Assembly: GCA_945872085.1 (NCBI GenBank)
Contig: CAMBYG010000001.1
Coordinates: forward strand, 34,297-98,296
From: Chitinophaga pinensis
Lineage (GTDB): Bacteria; Bacteroidota; Bacteroidia; Chitinophagales; Chitinophagaceae
Direction of reading: 5' to 3'
DNA length: 64,000 nt
Part shown: in pieces, positions 60,285-64,000 of the stretch
Numbering within the stretch: the stretch's first letter is position 1
Layout of the letters: each line of letters opens with the position of its first letter
Translations under genes and position numbers: made by a program
Notes under the pieces: generated by a model
Database searches by the model: none
Seen by the model: the letters and a program-made list of their open reading frames with translations, nothing else
What the model was told of the DNA's origin: nothing

Positions 60285-61205
60285 TTAGTACGTACTATTT
60301 CTGCTACCTTCAAAACCTTTAGGCTGTTTTACGGTAAATACTCTACCGAGATTAAAGCCTAAATGAATATCCCCTTTTCCCCACTGTCCCGTTGTTTGTC
60401 CAATAAAATTTCGCTCCGTCATGGCTTGGGTATTGGTCAGCATAAACTGGAATACGTGTCCGCCGGTTTCTATATCCATGCCTAAGGAAAAATTATTGGT
60501 ATAAGGAGTTTGTGCATTGTCCCATTTATTGAGCACATAATAGTATTCGGCATTTATCGTAGCTCTACTCGATACTTTCATGCGAGCACCAAAACCCATA
60601 GCAATTAAGTTATTTGCATAGGAACTATAGTCCACTAAATTATAATGCACTAAAGTTGGTGTACACTGCAGCGACAAAGCTTTATTTACTTTCTTAGCAA
60701 ACAAAACTTGGTGAGTATAGCAAATTCGATCTGCCAATATAAACGATTCACCAACAGGTGTTCTAAATGCTTTTAACGACATAGCAGCCACATAAGAAAT
60801 GGCTATTGGCGAACCACCATGGTCTTTTTGTTTTAGTAATTTCACTTTTGCATAAGCATCATATTCTTTATCTACATTGCTTCTGCCCATACCTAGGGTG
60901 ATATGATCTGTCAAGCCGTAATCTGCACCGATTCTGATATACGCATTATCCAAACCAAACAAATCGACAGCACCTTGATTTAAGCGACCAAAACGATGCG
61001 AAATTTTAATATCCATAACACCTTTTGCAACGCCTTCGATACTGTGACCATTTATAATACGTGTAGTTTTAAAGGTAGCACTTACCGGACTTGGTTTTTC
61101 TTTTGCATCACCCAACAATGCAGTTAAATCATCTTGAGCAAAACTTGGATACGCACACAATAGGCTGCCAAATAAAAATAAAATTTTAGGTATACGGATT
61201 TTCAT
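60285..61205 (-). CDS. Outer-membrane beta-barrel protein, DUF5777-like
   Basis: Signal peptide ..PSFAQ. FKTTRIINGHSIE and ISHRFG motifs, and an alternating beta-strand pattern. The family name is from memory. Confidence 0.6.
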   Translation of the reverse strand: MKIRIPKILFLFGSLLCAYPSFAQDDLTALLGDAKEKPSPVSATFKTTRIINGHSIEGVAKGVMDIKISHRFGRLNQGAVDLFGLDNAYIRIGADYGLTDHITLGMGRSNVDKEYDAYAKVKLLKQKDHGGSPIAISYVAAMSLKAFRTPVGESFILADRICYTHQVLFAKKVNKALSLQCTPTLVHYNLVDYSSYANNLIAMGFGARMKVSSRATINAEYYYVLNKWDNAQTPYTNNFSLGMDIETGGHVFQFMLTNTQAMTERNFIGQTTGQWGKGDIHLGFNLGRVFTVKQPKGFEGSRNSTY

Positions 61206-61207
61206 AT

Positions 61208-61759
61208 TTACTTTTTTAAAGGAGCTAATAAACTATTAACAGTAATCTCTACCACTTCGGCTACTTTCTTAGCAGCTACGCTAGGAATAATAATTTTATA
61301 ATCTTTATTTTTTACTTTAAAAACGGCCTTAAAAACTAGTGCTCCATTTTTTACAGTCAATGTTCCTGGCACCGTAATCGCTTGCGATACGCCGTGCATC
61401 GTCATCGTACCAAGAGCTTTTACAGGCGTAGCACCTTCTTTGCTAAAATTAATAGTCGCTGCATTTTCAATTTTACCTTTGAAATCTGCTTTGGGGAACT
61501 GATCGCTCTCTAAATAATTTTCGTTAAAATGCTCTTGCATTAAGGCTCTATCAAACTTAAAACTCTTGATAGGCACTATAAAAACAAGCTCGCCAGATGT
61601 AGCATCAAAAACACTAGCAACCTCATTGTTGATTGCTTCTATATTCTCTACCGCAGTAGAAGAAAAGAAACTAACTTGCCCACTTCGGGTCATGAATTTT
61701 TGTGCATGTACAAAGTGTTGTAGACAACAAACTACGGCTATTAAAATTATTTTTTTCAT
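61208..61759 (-). CDS. YceI-family (lipocalin-like, polyisoprenoid-binding) protein
   Basis: Signal peptide; 183 aa. SGQVSFFSST..ENIEA.N and MHGVSQ..TVPG.. patterns are typical of YceI. Confidence 0.8.
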   Translation of the reverse strand: MKKIILIAVVCCLQHFVHAQKFMTRSGQVSFFSSTAVENIEAINNEVASVFDATSGELVFIVPIKSFKFDRALMQEHFNENYLESDQFPKADFKGKIENAATINFSKEGATPVKALGTMTMHGVSQAITVPGTLTVKNGALVFKAVFKVKNKDYKIIIPSVAAKKVAEVVEITVNSLLAPLKK

Positions 61760-61767
61760 GAATGGCT

Positions 61768-62148
61768 TTAGTTATTAAGGGCGCCTGCATTCACCCATTT
61801 TTGAATTTTATTGATATCGCATTGCGCTAATTTATTGCCCCCTTGCGGCATCGCTTTATATCCGGCAGTGTGGTTTATAGCACCCATAAACTTGCCCGTA
61901 TTTACACCTGCTTTTACACCTGCATACGTAATTAAAGAATAGCCTGCTGCTCCATTAGCATCATGACAGCCAGCAGTTGCACATTTCGCGTCCATAATGG
62001 GTTTTACTGTTGTAGAAAACAATACCGCAGCTGAAGTATCACATACTGTAGTGGTAGCATTAGAGCTACTACTTTTACAAGCATTTTGACTGATAACAGC
62101 TACCGTAAGGGTTAAAACAAGGGTTAATTTTAATAGCGTACGTTTCAT
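61768..62148 (-). CDS. Small lipoprotein with a cytochrome-c-like CX4CH motif
   Basis: Lipobox ..ISQNAC. VKPIMDAKCATAGCHD, then ..YKAMPQGG.KL....I.KI..WV.AGA. Heme binding is unproven. Confidence 0.4.
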   Translation of the reverse strand: MKRTLLKLTLVLTLTVAVISQNACKSSSSNATTTVCDTSAAVLFSTTVKPIMDAKCATAGCHDANGAAGYSLITYAGVKAGVNTGKFMGAINHTAGYKAMPQGGNKLAQCDINKIQKWVNAGALNN

Positions 62149-62175
62149 TTATTTTTAAATTTAAAAGAGAAAAAA

Positions 62176-62574
62176 TTATTTAATAATGCATCCTGTTAAT
62201 AATACATCTGTTGTATAAGCGGCATAAAATCCTTTTACCCTTATTTCATCGCCTACTTTTGGCAATGCCGTCACTTTGCTATCTAAGGTACAAAATACAC
62301 TCGACAAAGGATCGTCGCTTTGCAAGAGAATGGTTGTTTTATGATCTTGATTTTCGCCTAGCTCAGCCACCACACCTACTACTTCCAATACTTTATTATT
62401 ATAGCTTGTTTGGGCTGCCTTTTCATCCTTCATAAATGTAGCTACTAATGCAGCAGCATTTATTTTAATCGCTTCCTGATCGGCAACGCCAGCTGGCTTT
62501 CTATTGTATTGATAATAACCAAACAAAGCACCCGACACAACTAAAACCAATACTACAATAAGTATGTTCTTCAT
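62176..62574 (-). CDS. Membrane-anchored OB-fold (tRNA_anti-like) protein
   Basis: N-terminal TM, then ...F..DE.AA...Y..KVLEV.G.V pattern; 132 aa. Confidence 0.6.
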   Translation of the reverse strand: MKNILIVVLVLVVSGALFGYYQYNRKPAGVADQEAIKINAAALVATFMKDEKAAQTSYNNKVLEVVGVVAELGENQDHKTTILLQSDDPLSSVFCTLDSKVTALPKVGDEIRVKGFYAAYTTDVLLTGCIIK

Positions 62575-62701
62575 AAAAGCATTTATTTTATCAAATCTAA
62601 CAAAATTATGACTGAAAAGTTAAACAAATTTAATAGCCCATAAAAGGAATAACAAATGCATAACAAATACACGAAGACGCCTAGCTTTGCAACTTATTAA
62701 G

Positions 62702-62709
62702 TAAATTTG
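62702..62709 (+). promoter_or_regulatory. -7 promoter box TAAATTTG for the UbiD-family gene
   Basis: Matches TAnnTTTG and ends 13 nt before the ATG at 62723, implying a very short leader. Confidence 0.3.
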
Positions 62710-62722
62710 TGTTTACATTACT

Positions 62723-64000
62723 ATGGGATACGCTACTTTAGAAGCTTGTTTATTAGACCTCGAAAAAAATGGTCAACTCCTTCGCATCAAAGAGGAGGTA
62801 GATCCTTATTTAGAAATGGCAGCCATTCATTTGCGCATTCACGAGCAAGGCGGACCAGCTATCCTTTTCGAAAATGTAAAGGGAAGCACATTTAGAGCAG
62901 CCAGCAATCTCTTCGGCACTTTAGAAAGAAGTAAATTTATTTTTAGAGACACGCTAGAAGCGGTGCAACAAGTGATTGCCCTCAAGCAAGATCCATCTAA
63001 AATTTTCAAACACCCACTGAAAAATTTAAGTGCTGCAAAAGCAGCAATCCATGCCCTTCCTTTTAAAAGTAGCTTGTTCAAAAATAATTTAGATGCCTCC
63101 CTAAGTATCGATCAATTACCCCTCATTCATCATTGGAAAAATGATGGAGGTGCTTTTGTAACGCTTCCTCAAGTATATACCGAAGCGATCGATCAGCCCG
63201 GTATTATGCAGTCTAATTTAGGCATGTATCGCATTCAACTCAACGGTAACGAATATTGTACGAACCAAGAAATTGGTTTACATTATCAATTACATAGAGG
63301 CATTGGTATTCACCAAACCAAAGCCATTGCAGCAGGTAAGCCATTAAAAGTAAGTTGTTTTGTAGGCGGACCGCCAGCGCATACCTTAGCCGCGGTGATG
63401 CCTTTACCCGAAGGCATGAGCGAATTGACTTTTGCGGGTCTGATCGGCGGTCGTCGCTTTCGCTATTTTTATGATGATGGCTATGCCGTAAGTGCCGATG
63501 CTGATTTTGTAATCACCGGATACGTAAACGGCAACGAAACCAAACCCGAAGGTCCGTTTGGAGATCACTTGGGATATTATAGCTTGCAACATAATTTTCC
63601 ATTGATGCAGGTGCATAAAGTCTATGCCAAGAAAAATGCTATTTGGCCATTTACGGTGGTAGGCCGACCGCCACAAGAAGATACCAGCTTTGGAGCACTC
63701 ATTCACGAAATTACCGGCGATGCCATACAGCATGAAATACCGGGTGTTCTAGAAGTACATGCGGTAGATGCCGCAGGTGTTCACCCCTTATTAGTAGCGG
63801 TAGGTAGCGAGCGCTATACACCTTATGCTCCTGCACAACAACCCGCCGAACTCTTAACGCAAGCCAATAGAATTTTAGGAACCGGGCAATTGAGCTTGGC
63901 TAAATTTTTATTTATCACCGCTTCCGACAATAACAGCGTAAATACTAAAAATTTAGTACCCTACTTTTCTTATATTTTTGAACGCATCGATTGGAAACGA
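62723..64000 (+). CDS. UbiD-family decarboxylase (menaquinone/ubiquinone-type), 3' end outside the window; not in the ORF track
   Basis: Hand translation from the ATG at 62723 is open to the window end: MGYATLEACLLDLEKNGQLLRIKEEVDPYLEMAAIH...PAILFENVKGS...GMYRIQL...GPFGDHLGYY, all typical UbiD motifs. Confidence 0.85.
   Translation, partial: MGYATLEACLLDLEKNGQLLRIKEEVDPYLEMAAIHLRIHEQGGPAILFENVKGSTFRAASNLFGTLERSKFIFRDTLEAVQQVIALKQDPSKIFKHPLKNLSAAKAAIHALPFKSSLFKNNLDASLSIDQLPLIHHWKNDGGAFVTLPQVYTEAIDQPGIMQSNLGMYRIQLNGNEYCTNQEIGLHYQLHRGIGIHQTKAIAAGKPLKVSCFVGGPPAHTLAAVMPLPEGMSELTFAGLIGGRRFRYFYDDGYAVSADADFVITGYVNGNETKPEGPFGDHLGYYSLQHNFPLMQVHKVYAKKNAIWPFTVVGRPPQEDTSFGALIHEITGDAIQHEIPGVLEVHAVDAAGVHPLLVAVGSERYTPYAPAQQPAELLTQANRILGTGQLSLAKFLFITASDNNSVNTKNLVPYFSYIFERIDWKR

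Noticed and set aside
63404-63733. 109-aa minus-strand ORF, plus the short ORFs at 62707-62895 and 62839-63081.
   Set aside because: All lie within the open UbiD-family frame that starts at 62723. The track omitted that frame because it runs off the window.
1-64000. Scanned by eye for CRISPR arrays, IS elements and their inverted repeats, integrases, tRNA/rRNA genes and long direct repeats.
   Set aside because: No intergenic region exceeds ~240 bp. No transposase-, integrase- or Cas-like translations were seen, and no GTTCGAAT-type T-arm motifs occur in the gaps. Absence is by visual inspection only; tRNAscan or Infernal would be decisive.

Overview
This is an AT-rich, densely coded (roughly 90% coding) chromosomal segment that looks like Bacteroidota, Sphingobacteriia/Chitinophagia-like. 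The phylum call rests on several observations: T9SS type A and type B C-terminal sorting domains, PorP/SprF, GldC, a MurF-Alr fusion, DUF1573/DUF4270/DUF4286 families, recurrent TAnnTTTG -7 promoter boxes, and no Shine-Dalgarno sequences.

Most of the window is core housekeeping: pnp, ftsK-lolA, fabD, rsmD-coaD, nadD, ybeY, birA, rsfS-ftsH, ade, fbaB, murF/alr, metK, glmS, panC, pyk, atpG, rsgA, hup, pdxH and mdh. I support about 65 CDS. Two are small genes absent from the ORF track (ribosomal protein Thx and a YtxH-like peptide), and two are CDS cut by the window edges (pnp at the 5' end, a UbiD-family decarboxylase at the 3' end). I also list about 12 clear rho-independent terminator hairpins and several promoter candidates.

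I found no rRNA, tRNA, CRISPR array, transposase, integrase, prophage or recognisable defence/toxin-antitoxin genes. I cannot honestly claim a clearly novel system.

The most second-look-worthy loci are envelope modules of unknown function:
- A DUF1800/DUF1501 pair, where the DUF1501 protein carries both a twin-arginine signal and a T9SS type A sorting domain while its partner has no signal peptide.
- A tight four-gene operon (OB-fold anchor, CX4CH lipoprotein, YceI, DUF5777-like beta-barrel) divergent from a UbiD-family gene.
- A T9SS type B cargo / PorP-SprF / OmpA-PD40-TPR triad.
- An uncharacterised 621-aa T9SS cargo.

All family assignments come from reading the translations by eye. No HMM or BLAST search was run.
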